This document shows positions 36,421 through 48,730 of a stretch of 64,000 bases of DNA, piece by piece. Each line of letters begins with the position of its first letter. The first letter of the stretch is position 1. The notes beneath the pieces were generated by a model, which did no database searches, had not been told where the DNA came from, and saw only the letters and a program-made list of their open reading frames with translations. The stretch comes from Rhina ancylostomus (Eukaryota): contig JARFYF010000001.1 in the NCBI GenBank assembly GCA_030265395.1, positions 67,631,604 to 67,695,603 of the forward strand, written 5' to 3'. The translations under genes were made by a program, and so were the position numbers.

Positions 36421-38424
36421 GACTGACTGTTGGTGACCTACCTTTATTCTCCCAGCCATATTCAACTACTAGAGGAAGCATATATCTGTAAGCAACTTGT
36501 TTCAGTATATATACCTAAATAAACAGGGAAATATTTCAATGCTGGCCAGGCAGTGCCAATTATCATTGCAAGCTTCAGTCAAGAAGAGAAAAGTTCGAAA
36601 TACACATACCATCAGTCTGCAAATAGGTCAATATCTCTTTTAATAGCATGTGGTAGTTATTTTTAATTCCATTTAATATTGAGTTTAGTTGTGCAAATTC
36701 AAGACACGGCATTGCCTGAACTTGGAAAACTGTGGCATTGGAATCAAATTGCCTTTGCATTCCAATTAATATCATAATCTTCTTGCTCTACATGTTATCA
36801 GTAGTTGTTAACACACATTTATAAGATGACATTCCAGTGTGCTTTGCATTGGAAGTGCGCACTCACCTCCTATTTTCAGAATCTAATAAATGTGCTCAGT
36901 CCAAATTGACCCCTACATCCTCACATGATTAGCATTTGATATTGCTTTGAATCAGATTTGGAAGATGAATCATGGCAAATTGAATTTAGAATTTTCACTG
37001 CTGTAGTAATAAGATTACGTGATTCACATTTATTTAAATGTGATTACAGCTGCACTTTGTAAGGGTGGTAATCTTGGGCTTGTTGCCACCTCTTGAGGAA
37101 GCTTCTGTGGGGCCCCCTTCCAAAATATACTGTACATGTAGATGAATGTTGTTCAAAAGAAGCCAGATTGCACATGAATATAAACTTGTATGTAACTTCT
37201 GGCAATGATTTAACAGTACGGCAATGCAGTAATAATTTTCCCTCTTTCCCTGAGGGGAAACCTGATATTTCTCTTGACTAATTTTTATTTTTTTGTCTTA
37301 ATTATTAAGAAATTTGAAGATCAAAATCATCCTTACTCTTTAGAGCTTCTCTGGGCTCTTTTCAGCATCAAGATTTAAGTTTCAACAGCACGTGACATGG
37401 AGATTGAAAAGTGCAATGAGCCAATTCACCTGTAAACTGCTAAACTTGTCCCTTCTCCCTCAACAAACAGATGAATTGAAAGGAAAATTAAGTGCAAGTT
37501 AAATGTCTTTGATTTTGTCTGCAAAAATCAACCCCTTCAACTTGTTATTTTCAAGTTCAAAATGACACAAGTAATTATTGTTTTACAGAAAGCAAGGCAC
37601 CCAGTCAGGAAGGACATACTTTGTATCTTTATGCCATGTTTGACGCTGCAGTCTAACACACCAATTTGCAAAGTACAAGTACACCCATAAGAGGTTAAAT
37701 GAAATATTTTTTGTATCATTCTGACTCCATAAAGTATTTCTGGTTCTGACTGCTTATGCATGGAGAAGCAATCCTCTCATCGTACAAGACAAAACCGGGT
37801 GATTAATTGAAGTGCACTTACAAGCCCTGTTTAATGTATTTTCCTCCCACTTAAACTTCCGAAGAGTTTAGTCTGCCATTATATAATCAAATTTGAGGCT
37901 CTGACTGCAGTTGTCATTACCATTTTCCAGGGTAATAAGAAACAAAACCAACAAAGTATTAAGTAATCATGTCCCAGAGTCAAGAGACCAGAACACTATC
38001 CAGAAAGATTAAAGATTACATGACACCCAGGGTGCAGAAAGAAAATCCTGTAGTGGAAAATTTCACCATAGTAATATAATAACAGAGTGAACATTACAAA
38101 GAATCACTGGCTACAAGGTTGAGGAAATGAGATATTCAGTCAGAAGTCAGTGTGGGGTGAAGCAATTAACATTTGCGCAAGGTTAAGCAGCAGAATACAA
38201 GGCAGTTTCTCTCTCATACATAATGACTATGCAGCAAATCCAAAGAAAGGATATGGGCAAAGTTCACCTAGATACTCGAACCTTCAAGAGTCAAAGAACT
38301 GCACCACTCAAAAGAGCAAAAGGCAGGAAGAAATAAATAAAAGGTCAAGACATCATATTAGGAAAACTGGCTGATATAAACAAGGGGAAACAAAAGTTTT
38401 GAAATTTCAAACCAAACAAACCAT

Positions 38425-38764
38425 AGGTGGTACAGTGACACAGCTACTGCCTTACAACTCCAGTAACCTAAGTTCAATCCTGACCTATGCTGTGTGGAGT
38501 TTGCATATTCTCCCAATCACCATGTGGATTTCCCCGGGTACTCTGGTTTCCTCCCACATCCCAAAGATGTACGGTTTGTAAGTTAACTGGCTACTGCAAA
38601 TTGCCCCCAGTGTATAGGTGAGTGATAAAATCTGGGGAGAGTCAATGAGAATGTGCAGAGAAAATAAAATTAGAATAGGATTAGTGTGAATGGGTGCTTG
38701 ATGGTCAACACATGCAGAGTGGGCCTAAGGGCCTGTTGCCATGTTGTGCGACTCTATGACTCTA
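38425..38764 (+). mobile_element. HE1/V-SINE-like tRNA SINE, near full length
   Basis: AGTTCAATCCTGACC B box; GTGTGGAGTTTGCATATTCTCCC..GGTTTCCTCCCACATCCCAAAGA; CR1-shared tail GGGCCTGTT..ACTCTATGACTCTA. Confidence 0.9.
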
Positions 38765-39111
38765 AAGTACTTAGAAACTAAATTAATATGCTGAGTTTGT
38801 TGAAAGAAGACAGTCAACATTTTTTTAAGAAATATAGCGACAATTAAACTAGTTGTTATGCAAGCTTAGACTGGGTAAACAGCTGTCACTGAACTTCCTT
38901 TTAAAAGAATTTTAAATATTTAAAAACCTCTCTGTACATCAACATGTTATAAATAGAAACAATGAGTGAAATCTTGCTAAACCCAGATTCCATGCTCACA
39001 ATTGCTGCTTGCAGTTTCCCCATGCTCTTACTTAGCTAATCTGGATGCAGAGGGATATCTTGCTAGCCTGAAGTACTCTGAACCTCAGTTGTATTACCTA
39101 AACACTTTAAA

Positions 39112-39115
39112 ACGC

Positions 39116-39161
<46 letters not shown>
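39112..39161. repeat. (CA)n microsatellite
   Basis: Direct reading. Confidence 0.97.
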
Positions 39162-39165
<4 letters not shown>

Positions 39166-39329
39166 GAGCTGGCACAGCTTCACCAATGACATCTCTTCCA
39201 CCATCCATGCCTCCCTTCAGAGACAAAGGAGCCTCCATTTGCTATTCAGCCTTCAAAATACAGGAACTGAAGATAATCCCTTATATGCCTACTTAACCAG
39301 ACTGTGATCCTGGCTTATCTGGTCCAGTC

Positions 39330-40960
39330 CTTTTTGGTGCCAATTTCCCAAAACCCTCAAGTCCCCAAAACCCTCAATTCCCCAATCTTTCCTCTTTAAA
39401 TACTGCCAGTGTTCTAGCTGTCACAAATCTCCAAGGTAGAAGATGTTCCAGAATCCCCACCTCTACAAGACAGAATTTCTATGTACTTCAGTTTTAAAAG
39501 ACCATATATCCTTAACTTATAAATATGTTCCATCAAGTGTAATATCTACCTTATCATGCCCCCTTCAGATCTTATACGTTTCAATAAGATCAACCTCATT
39601 CTTCTCAATTACAAAGAAAAACACAATTAATTTTTTTAGATGCTTGTGCTGGGGCAACTCTTTTATCCCAGGGATTAGCTTTGTGAATCTCTTCTGGGCT
39701 GCCTTCAATGTTAGCACATTCTTTTTAAATAAATGGATCAAAACTGTACACAGTAGTCCAGTTGCAGCCTCATGAATACCCTATACAACTGAAAGAAAAC
39801 TCCATATTTAAAACTCCAACCATCTTGCAATGAAGGCCATTTGTGTTCCTAACTGTTTGCTGCACCTTGTATGCTAACCTGCATTTCATGAACCAGAACA
39901 CCTGGTTCCATCTGTGCTCCACTCATTTGCAATCTCTTTCCATTTAGATAATAGTCAGCCTTTGATTTCTCCTACTGAAATCTATGACTTCACAATTTAC
40001 GACATTAAACTCCATTTGCCAAGCTTTTGTCCACTCACTCAACCTATCTATTCCACTATATCCTTATGCAGAGTCCAAATTTCTTCACCACAGCATGCCC
40101 TCCCACCTATTTTTGTGCTATCAGAAAATCTGAATAATTTACCAGACACACAAGAGACTGCAGATATTGGAATCTGGAGCAACAAATAACCTGCTAGAAG
40201 AACTCAGCAAGTCAAGCAGCAACTGTGGGAAGAAAGGAATTGTTGACGTTTTGGGTCAAAAGCCTGCATCAGGAGTCCCTTTGCAGGTCCTGATGCAGGG
40301 TTTCAACCCGAAATGTCGAGAATTCCTTTCTTCCCACAGATTCTGCTTGATCCATTGAGTTCTTTCAGCCTATTGCTTGTTGCTTTGGATAATTTACACT
40401 CTGCCTCCCTCCTCTGAGTCATTAATATAAATAGTAAGTAATTGAGGGTCAAGAAGCAATCCTTGGGGCACTCCACTTGTTATATACTTCAAGTCTGAAA
40501 AAGGCAACATTATTCTGACTTTATCTTAAACTCGACAACTAGTCTTCAATCCATGTAACAAGATCTCACTATATTGAGAGAATTGTATCTAATGAACCAG
40601 CTTTTTAATATGGCACCTTATCACATGCCAGTTGGACACCCAAATACATTACGCTTACAGGTCCTCCTCTATCAACTCATTTTGTTACATCCTTGTAGTT
40701 GACTAAATAACTGGCTGGAAATTTCCCACTTAATCTCGCACCTTTCTTTTACAGGTAAGTCATATTTGCACTTTTCCAATCTACTGGTATCCTCCCAGAA
40801 ATCAGCAAGTTTTGAAAAACTTCCATGTCTCTACCATCTCCAGAGCCATTTCCTTTAAAACCCTTGGATGCAGGCCATCTGGTCGACTGTCCCATTAGTT
40901 TTTCCAATTTTAGGCTATAGGTCTGTCCGTAGATTAAAAGGCATAGACAAATCACCCCTT
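39330..40960 (-). mobile_element. Decayed CR1 LINE containing a nested Penelope hairpin
   Basis: Minus-strand FQNLLISGRIPVDWKSANMT; SGVPQG at about 40465-40480; 3' region at 39330-39800. Confidence 0.8.
40143..40385. mobile_element. Palindromic Penelope terminal-repeat element with hammerhead-like cores on both strands
   Basis: Inverted arms of about 100 bp around a short spacer; TSD TG(A/G)ATAATTTAC at 40131-40142 and 40386-40397; plus core GTC-CTGATGCA-GGGTT-TC-AACCC-GAAA-T-GTC. Confidence 0.88.
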
Positions 40961-42574
40961 CCTTCACATCACTGTCACTGATCTCCTTCCCCAGCTATAC
41001 ATCATTACACTGCTGCAATCCCCACTTTCAGCCATTCATTCATATGCAAAAAATTTGGCCTTGTGATTTGATTTGCTTTGTCCTTCACATCCTTTCCATT
41101 ATTTCCCTATCACCAATTCACATTTTTGTCACGTGCTAGGTTCAATTACTTTACCCATGATTTATTTTTCATATATTCCAGTGCATCATAGGAACCCTAT
41201 ATTGAGGAATTGTGCTCTTGTGGAAAGTCCAACATCCCAGATTATATCATAATGAATATGCACAATGGTCAGCTCTNNNNNNNNNNNNNNNNNNNNNNNN
41301 NNNNNNNNNNNNNNNNNNNNNNNNNNNNNNNNNNNNNNNNNNNNNNNNNNNNNNNNNNNNNNNNNNNNNNNNNNNNTTTTCATATATTCCAAATCATCTA
41401 AAAAATACATCTGCTACCATAAAAGTAGAAAGTGCTGGATATACTCAGCAGGTCAGACAGCATTTGTAGAGAGAAAAACTGCATCAACATTTCCAGTCAA
41501 TCCACAGCTGCAATTGATCAGTTACCTTTGCATAATATATGGATTTTGAAAGCTGCATTCTTGAAACAAATCGAGCGATTGACTTAAAATACACTGAAAG
41601 AAAACTTAATGGAGCAAAGAAGTTTCAGTGTTTTTCAATTATTATTGTGCAGAACAATGAAACAAGCTCCATCTATTTCCTTGCAAAACTGTGCCTTGGT
41701 CAGTGCCTGTTCTTTCTAAATAATTCCAATTTTTTGACTCTGAATTGCCTAATAATCACCCCCAGTACATGGATTGATTAAATTACAATTAGCTAAATTA
41801 TTACTAAAAGAAACTTCAATTTAAAGAGAGTACACATAAGTGAGAAAGAGACACACACAGTTGGACAGTACTACATTTATGAATGCTGAGATGCTCAGAC
41901 CAAAAGATGAGACAATTAACCTTCTTGCTAAAGAAATAAACTACTACTATAATATTTGATTTATGCCAAATCTAGTGTTTATCTGGGTCACATCAAGAAA
42001 ACTCTCAGCTTCCAGCTTAAACAGTCTCCAGATTTACTAGCAAATCAGCACATCGGATTCATAATTTTACTCACTAAGGATGTATTAAGACTATAAAGCT
42101 GCTTATACAAACCAAAATATATGAAGAAAATAAAACTACTTCCATGAACCTGAATGCTTTTATTTTTAAAAGAATCATGAATTTTCAGGTACCTGTAGCT
42201 CCAAGGACATTATTATTTCAAACAGTGCACATGGTTACACAATGATATTTTATCCTGGAAAACAATGGGACATTTGCCTTTAGACACATCTGGGAGAAAA
42301 CACTGAAAAATGAAGTCATTTTCTCAAAAATGAACCACAGGTATTAGCAAGTATTTAGTCTGTGCAAACTCAAATAATAATAGATATCTAGGTTCTATAA
42401 CATTCAGCAGTACAACAATGAAGATAGTACAACATAATGAACATAGCATTTAGGATTTTTTATGTAAAATCGCTTTAATAAATTTTCATTTTCAGCCTGC
42501 ATTTAAAAACAAAAGCTTTAGCCTACCAGCATCTGGTAAAGAATGAACCTATTTGGAAAAAGATGGAAGTTCAT

Positions 42575-42925
42575 GACACATGGGTGTCACCAACAAAGCT
42601 CAAATTTATTGCCTACCCCTAATTGCTCCCAAATTCAGAAGGGAGTTAAGAGTCATCTGAACTGATGGCATCTGGTGTTGCATGTAGGTGGATGAGGGCA
42701 GCAGATTTTCTTCCCTTAAGGACATTAGTGAATCCAATGGAATTTAACCATTCACTCACTTCATAGTCACCATTGTTGAGACTAGAATTTTATATTAAAA
42801 AGGCAATAATTATTTAATTACTTGAATTTCAATTCCCCAGCTTCCATGGAAGGATTCAAACTTGTGTCAACTACATTAGTGTCCCAGAATTTTGGCTGCT
42901 GTCATTTAACCACTATGTTACCGTG
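42575..42925 (-). mobile_element. tRNA-derived SINE (non-HE1) with a tail resembling the 21240-23325 LINE family
   Basis: Reverse complement: GGTAACATAGTGGTTAAATG..GTTTGAATCCTTCCATGG..TTCACTAATGTCCTT..GCAATTAGGGTAGGCAATAAAT. Confidence 0.7.
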
Positions 42926-44439
42926 AAGCAGTAATGCATAAAATCAGTCAAACAAATTAATGTACATCTCAGGACAGCCAAATACTGCTGATGCTCAAAA
43001 ACTGAAATCAAGAACTACCAAAAACAAATTCTATGGCAAAAATGCTCCAATTATAGCAGTATTTTAATTTAAAAAATAGTTGTACATATTTCTGTCATTT
43101 TGAGTCAGGCATAGTTGACTACATCAAAATCAAATGTGTGCAACTCTTTTTCTCCCCCCCAACCACTGGTGTCTGCCATTTCTCTTCAATATCACCTACG
43201 TTCATAAAAAAACACCTCAACTGTTGAGCACCAAAGTGTATCAGTCTCTCTTGTCAACCATGACTAACACTCAGTGAGCACATAAATTCCAGTGCAAGTT
43301 TGGACAAAGACATCAATATTTTGATTCTGGACCAGATCCATGGCAACCTTGCTGGTAATATGGAAATCTACAGTCACATTACACAACAGGATTGACTTGA
43401 TTCCAACAGACATGTTCATACTCTGTTTTATTGAACTGTTTCAAACATGAAGGGTAGACAAATAAGGGCGATTAAATCAATCCCTATTTAAGGAGACGAC
43501 AAAAACAAGGGTTTTGCCTGGACTTTACAGGGGCAGCATTTTTTTTTAAACCAGCAGGTATCAACGAAGGGTCTTCTTCATTGATAATCAGCTGCCAACT
43601 CAAGCCATCTACCCTGCTTATAGATTCCAAATGGCACTAAATATGCCACATTGGTACAGGTTGCAACTTGTTCTACAGCCAACATCTAACGAGAATTTTT
43701 GAGGTCAAAAACAAGTTATTCAGCCTAACCTTTTTACTCTGTATGTTTAGCACAACCTTGCTTCATATCAGCACAGCTTTCAATTCCTTTTTTTCTATTA
43801 TACCCTTTTCTCAAACAAGATGTGGGTTTGAAATGGTCACAAAATAAAATCATTAGCAAGCAGTAATACTTGGATAGTGGATTGTTTAGTAGCATTAGCA
43901 AGAAATGCATCTTCTGATTTCAATTTAAAGAATGTTGAATCAATTAAGTTTAGGTTACAACAACTGTCCAAATATGAAATTAACATACTAAGCCTCTCTA
44001 TTCTCATTTGTATTGACAAGTGGAGTTTGGAATATATGCACTGGTTGTTCTGAATCATGAAATGGTTTGCTCCATTCCTGGTTTCATTCTTGTTAATTTG
44101 AATTCCTGGGGGAAAAAAATCTGCAGGTTACATTTTTATAATGCAACATATATATCAGTGCTTGAAGAATATCAGAAAAGCTATCCAAAAAGCTAGAAGT
44201 GCACAAATATAAAGTAATGCCTCTTTTTAACAGCATGCAGCATATCATCATGTACAGGATCATGATTCAAAAGGTGGAAATGGAACCACTTAAGTCAGCT
44301 TTAAGATATTAGCCTATGAAAGACCAATCCCTCCAATTATTTGCACCTCCTAGATAGGATTAACCCAGATTTGCATCTGGACATAGAATTCTTTTCATCA
44401 TCCCTTGCAATTATTCAAATATCAAATGAAATTATATGA

Positions 44440-44885
44440 TGGAACCAAACTGGAGAAGATGTTTCCAGGACTGGAAAATTGTAGCTATGAGGAAAGTTCA
44501 GAAAAGCTGGGGTTTTCTTCTTTGGAAATGCCCAATGATTGGGGGAGACTTCATTGTCTAAAATTATGAAAAATGGCAAAAAGAAACCATATCTCTTAGC
44601 AGAGTGGTCAAACACTGGGGGGCATACATTTAAAATAATTGGTCGAAGGATCAAAGGGGAAATGAGGAGAAATGTTTTCACCCAGAATATGTCTAGAACT
44701 CACCATCTGAAAGGGTGGCAAGGGCAGACACCATCATCAGACTTAAAAAGTACTTGGACATATACTTGAAGAATCATGATCATGAACTAAATGCTAGAAG
44801 GTGGGATTACACTGGGAAGCTTGTTTCTGATTGGCATAGATACAATGGGCCATGTTACTAATGTGACATAGGTTTTCTCTGATGC
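44440..44885 (+). mobile_element. CR1 3' fragment
   Basis: SNTGGHTFKIIGRRIKGEMRRNVFTQ. Confidence 0.8.
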
Positions 44886-45127
44886 TATAAAATTAGTCAC
44901 ATTTAATAATCTTTTCCTTAAATAATTGCTTTGTTAATAACATTCTGTTATAACATTTTAACAAAGTTTTAAACTTGCCTTTAACATCAAAGTCATTGCC
45001 TACATGGGCAATATATACGTATCTGCCCTCAACTGAAACTTCTCCCCTCATCTAGGATGGGATCACCCTGCCACAATATTAAAAGACTATGAGCCTTCTG
45101 GATGATTTCCAAGATTTACTTTAAAAA

Positions 45128-45650
45128 AAACACAGAACACAGAGTACAGCATAGGAAAAGGCCCTCTGACCCACAATGTCCATTCTGAACATAATACCAA
45201 TTTAAATTAATCCCATCTGCCTGCACATGGTCGACATTCCTCCAGTCCCTGCCTGTTCATGGGTCTGTCTAAATGCCTCTTACATCTTGCTATCGTATCT
45301 GCTTCCACCACCTCTCCTGGCAGCACTTACCACTCTCTGTGTAAAGAAGAAAATTACCTTGTAAATCTGCTTTCAACTTTCCCTCTTTCACCTTTAATAC
45401 ATGTCCTCTAGTATTTAACATTTCCACTCTGGGGAGGAAGACTTACTATTTACCCTATCTATGCCTTTCATAATTTTATATACATCTATCAGCCTCCAAT
45501 GCTCCAGAAAGAAATACAATACAGGGTTGTCCAAACTCTCCTTGTAGCTAAAACTCTCCAATCTAGTCAACCTCCTGGTGAACCTCTATTGCACCCCCTC
45601 CAAAGCCTCCATATCTTTCCTGTAATGTAGCAACTAAGAATGCACATAAC
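45128..45650 (-). mobile_element. CR1 3' fragment
   Basis: Antisense tail AGAACACAGAGTACAGCATAGGAAAAGGCCCT and body. Confidence 0.85.
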
Positions 45651-45718
45651 TGAAAGTGAGATAAATTACACAGAACCACAACAGTCAGAATGGATAAGCT
45701 GTTTTGCAGGTGGGGCTG

Positions 45719-45898
45719 TGTTGTGGGAAAAGGTTCTTTTGGGTCTCAAAGGTAGAGGACTCTTGACAGTCTCTGGATTTTGAAAAATGATTTATTCACA
45801 AAGACAAACGCAAGAACAGAATGAACAGGAATAGATGCACACTCGCACACAGGTGATCGCGAAACATGAGGGGAGTCGCAATGGGGGTGGTGCGCGTG

Positions 45899-45943
<45 letters not shown>

Positions 45944-46509
45944 CGAACTAGTTACAAATGATCAGGGAAAATGCAATACGGTGCCTGAACCCTGGACAAG
46001 CATTCGCTCTACACTACTGGAAATCTACTTAGGATGCTCCAAAACCCCTGTGGAAGTGCACACTCTTACCAGTCGTCCCTCGGCGTGGTTTCGACTCCTG
46101 CAGCAATCAAAAAAAGAGAAAGAGCCACACACATGGCATTCTTTATAGTGCTGGAGAGCTGGGTGGAGCTAGCTCAGGTAATTCNNNNNNNNNNNNNNNN
46201 NNNNNNNNNNNNNNNNNNNNNNNNNNNNNNNNNNNNNNNNNNNNNNNNNNNNNNNNNNNNNNNNNNNNNNNNNNNNNNNNNNNNGCCACACACATGGCAT
46301 TCTTTATAGTGCTGGAGAGCTGGGTGGAGCTAGCTCAGGTAATTCAACAGGTTCAATAGGTCATGGCCAGGTACAAAAGGTGTGCACAGGAACCAACCGT
46401 CAAGAGTGTGTACTAATGAGTGGGTGGAGCCAGACCTTGATCAACAATGGTGTCACTTTCGACATGTACTTGATGGTGTCACATGACAGCCACAACCTTT
46501 CACGCTACA
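45719..46509 (-). mobile_element. Solo LTR with a 5-bp TSD
   Basis: TG...CA ends; imperfect terminal IR TGTTGTGGGAAAAGGTT / AACCTTTCACGCTACA; GGCTG at 45714-45718 and 46510-46514; minus-strand TATAAA and AATAAA. Confidence 0.88.
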
Positions 46510-47817
46510 GGCTGTACTAACAACACAAATATTTTCTGATCCCAACTTCCTGAGAGATATTTGCTACTGTCACTCTGACTGTAGCCCATTTAACAACCAG
46601 AGTAATTTCAGTATTAATTTCCTGCAGTTCCTAGCAGTCAGCCTGTGAAATCTGCCCACTGAGCTTGTCCCATCTTAGAATTGATGCAGGTTCAGTGATT
46701 TCATTCATTTCAAGGAAGTACAGCTCCAGAAGAGTCAGGCTTCTTTATAGCCATTTAAATTACTAATTAGTTTGAAAGAAATGTAAATGTACATCATAGT
46801 GTTAAGTATTTTTATTTTTAAACTATTAAATGTAATAATAGTACAATCAACTTTTAATAGTCAATGAATATTTTACAATGTTGGAGAACGTCACATATAT
46901 TTATAGATGCAAAGTCCTAAGACCATTTTGGACTGTTTCCTTGTACTATGAATCATTGAGAATAACAGAATATCCTATTAGCACTGCAACCATCACACTC
47001 ATCAAAAAGAAAGCAGTAGTCTAGCAGTACAACAGTCGAGAAGCTACCCATTCTGAAGACTATCTAATGGACCACTACTCACTAAAATCAAGCTCAGCAA
47101 GAATACAATGAGTGACCAATTTGGNNNNNNNNNNNNNNNNNNNNNNNNNNNNNNNNNNNNNNNNNNNNNNNNNNNNNNNNNNNNNNNNNNNNNNNNNNNN
47201 NNNNNNNNNNNNNNNNNNNNNNNNNNNNNNNNNNNNNNNNNNNNNNNNNNNNNNNNNNNNNNNNNNNNNNNNNNNNNNNNNNNNNNNNNNNNNNNNNNNN
47301 NNNNNNNNNNNNNNNNNNNNNNNNNNNNNNNNNNNNNNNNNNNNNNNNNNNNNNNNNNNNNNNNNNNNNNNNNNNNNNNNNNNNNNNNNNNNNNNNNNNN
47401 NNNNNNNNNNNNNNNNNNNNNNNNNNNNNNNNNNNNNNNNNNNNNNNNNNNNNNNNNNNNNNNNNNNNNNNNNNNNNNNNNNNNNNNNNNNNNNNNNNNN
47501 NNNNNNNNNNNNNNNNNNNNNNNNNNNNNNNNNNNNNNNNNNNNNNNNNNNNNNNNNNNNNNNNNNNNNNNNNNNNNNNNNNNNNNNNNNNNNNNNNNNN
47601 NNNNNNNNNNNNNNNNNNNNNNNNNNNNNNNNNNNNNNNNNNNNNNNNNNNNNNNNNNNNNNNNNNNNNNNNNNNNNNNNNNNNNNNNNNNNNNNNNNNN
47701 NTAAGCATGCCACACACACAATCTTAAAGGAACCTCACTAATTGTAACCTAGTCCATAACACCTGATTGACTTCACCTTAAGATCTTAAAAAGTGGCTAG
47801 TGAGATAGTTAGTGCAT

Positions 47818-48730
47818 TAGATTTAGAACACAGACGTGTACAGCATAGGAACAGGCCCTTCAGCCACAATGTCCCCGCCAAACATGAAGCTGAATTAAAC
47901 CTTTTCTGCCTGTACACAATCCAAATCCCTCCATTCCCTGCAATATTCATATGTCTAACACCCTCTTGAATGCCAATATTGTATCTGCTTCCACCACTAC
48001 ACCTGGCAGCCTTTGAAAAGCTCTTGACAGTATTTCAAAAGGTTAGGGCCCATGGGATCCTGGGCAAGTTGGCAAACTGGTTCAAAATTGGCTGGACAGT
48101 AGAAGACAGAGGGTGATGGTAGAGGGCTGTTTCGGTGATTGGATGCCTATGACCAGTGGTGCCCCACAAGGATTGGTGCTGGGACCCTTGTTGTTTGTAG
48201 CATATATAAATGACTGGGATGTGGCTGTGGAAGGCAAGATCAGTAAGTCTGCTGAATGGCAGAGTTGTTGATAGTGTGGAAGATAGTCTTAAGCTACAGA
48301 AAGACAATACGTTGGTGAAATGAGCTGAAAAATGGCAGATGGAATTTAATCCAGACATATATGAGGTGATGCATTTTGGGATTATGAATGAGGCTCGGAC
48401 GTACACTATGAATGCTAAGGCAACACAGGCAGATAATGTGGTAGGAAGGCATATGGGATACTAGCCGTCAGTGATCAGGGCAATGAATACTGAACTAAGG
48501 AGGATATGCTCTAACTTTATAAAACCTTGGGCAGACCGAAGCTGGAGTACCATGTGCAGTTCAGATCATCAAACAAAGGACATCATAATGCTGGAGAAGG
48601 TGCAGAGGAGATTCACAAGGATGTTGCCTAGGATGGATCAGTTCAGTTATGAGAAGAGACTGGAGTAGCTCGGTCTGTTCTCCCTGGGCCGGAGGAGGTT
48701 AAGAAACATAATTGAGGTATATAAAATTGA
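47818..48730 (-). mobile_element. CR1 with a minus-strand 3' end (47818-48010) fused to an inverted internal segment (48011-48730)
   Basis: Antisense tail TAGAACACAG..GGCCCTTCAGCC, then plus-strand SGAPQGLVLGPLLFVAYINDWD..LEKVQRRFTRMLP. Confidence 0.8.

Noticed and set aside
38425-38500. tRNA-like A/B boxes
   Set aside because: SINE heads rather than tRNA genes; no complete cloverleaf
46124-46345. Exact ~60-bp repeat on both sides of the gap inside the solo LTR
   Set aside because: Contig-end overlap across a 100-N gap; an assembly artefact
47044-47741. Long ORFs made of X
   Set aside because: N-gap artefacts; the same applies to the other gap-spanning ORFs
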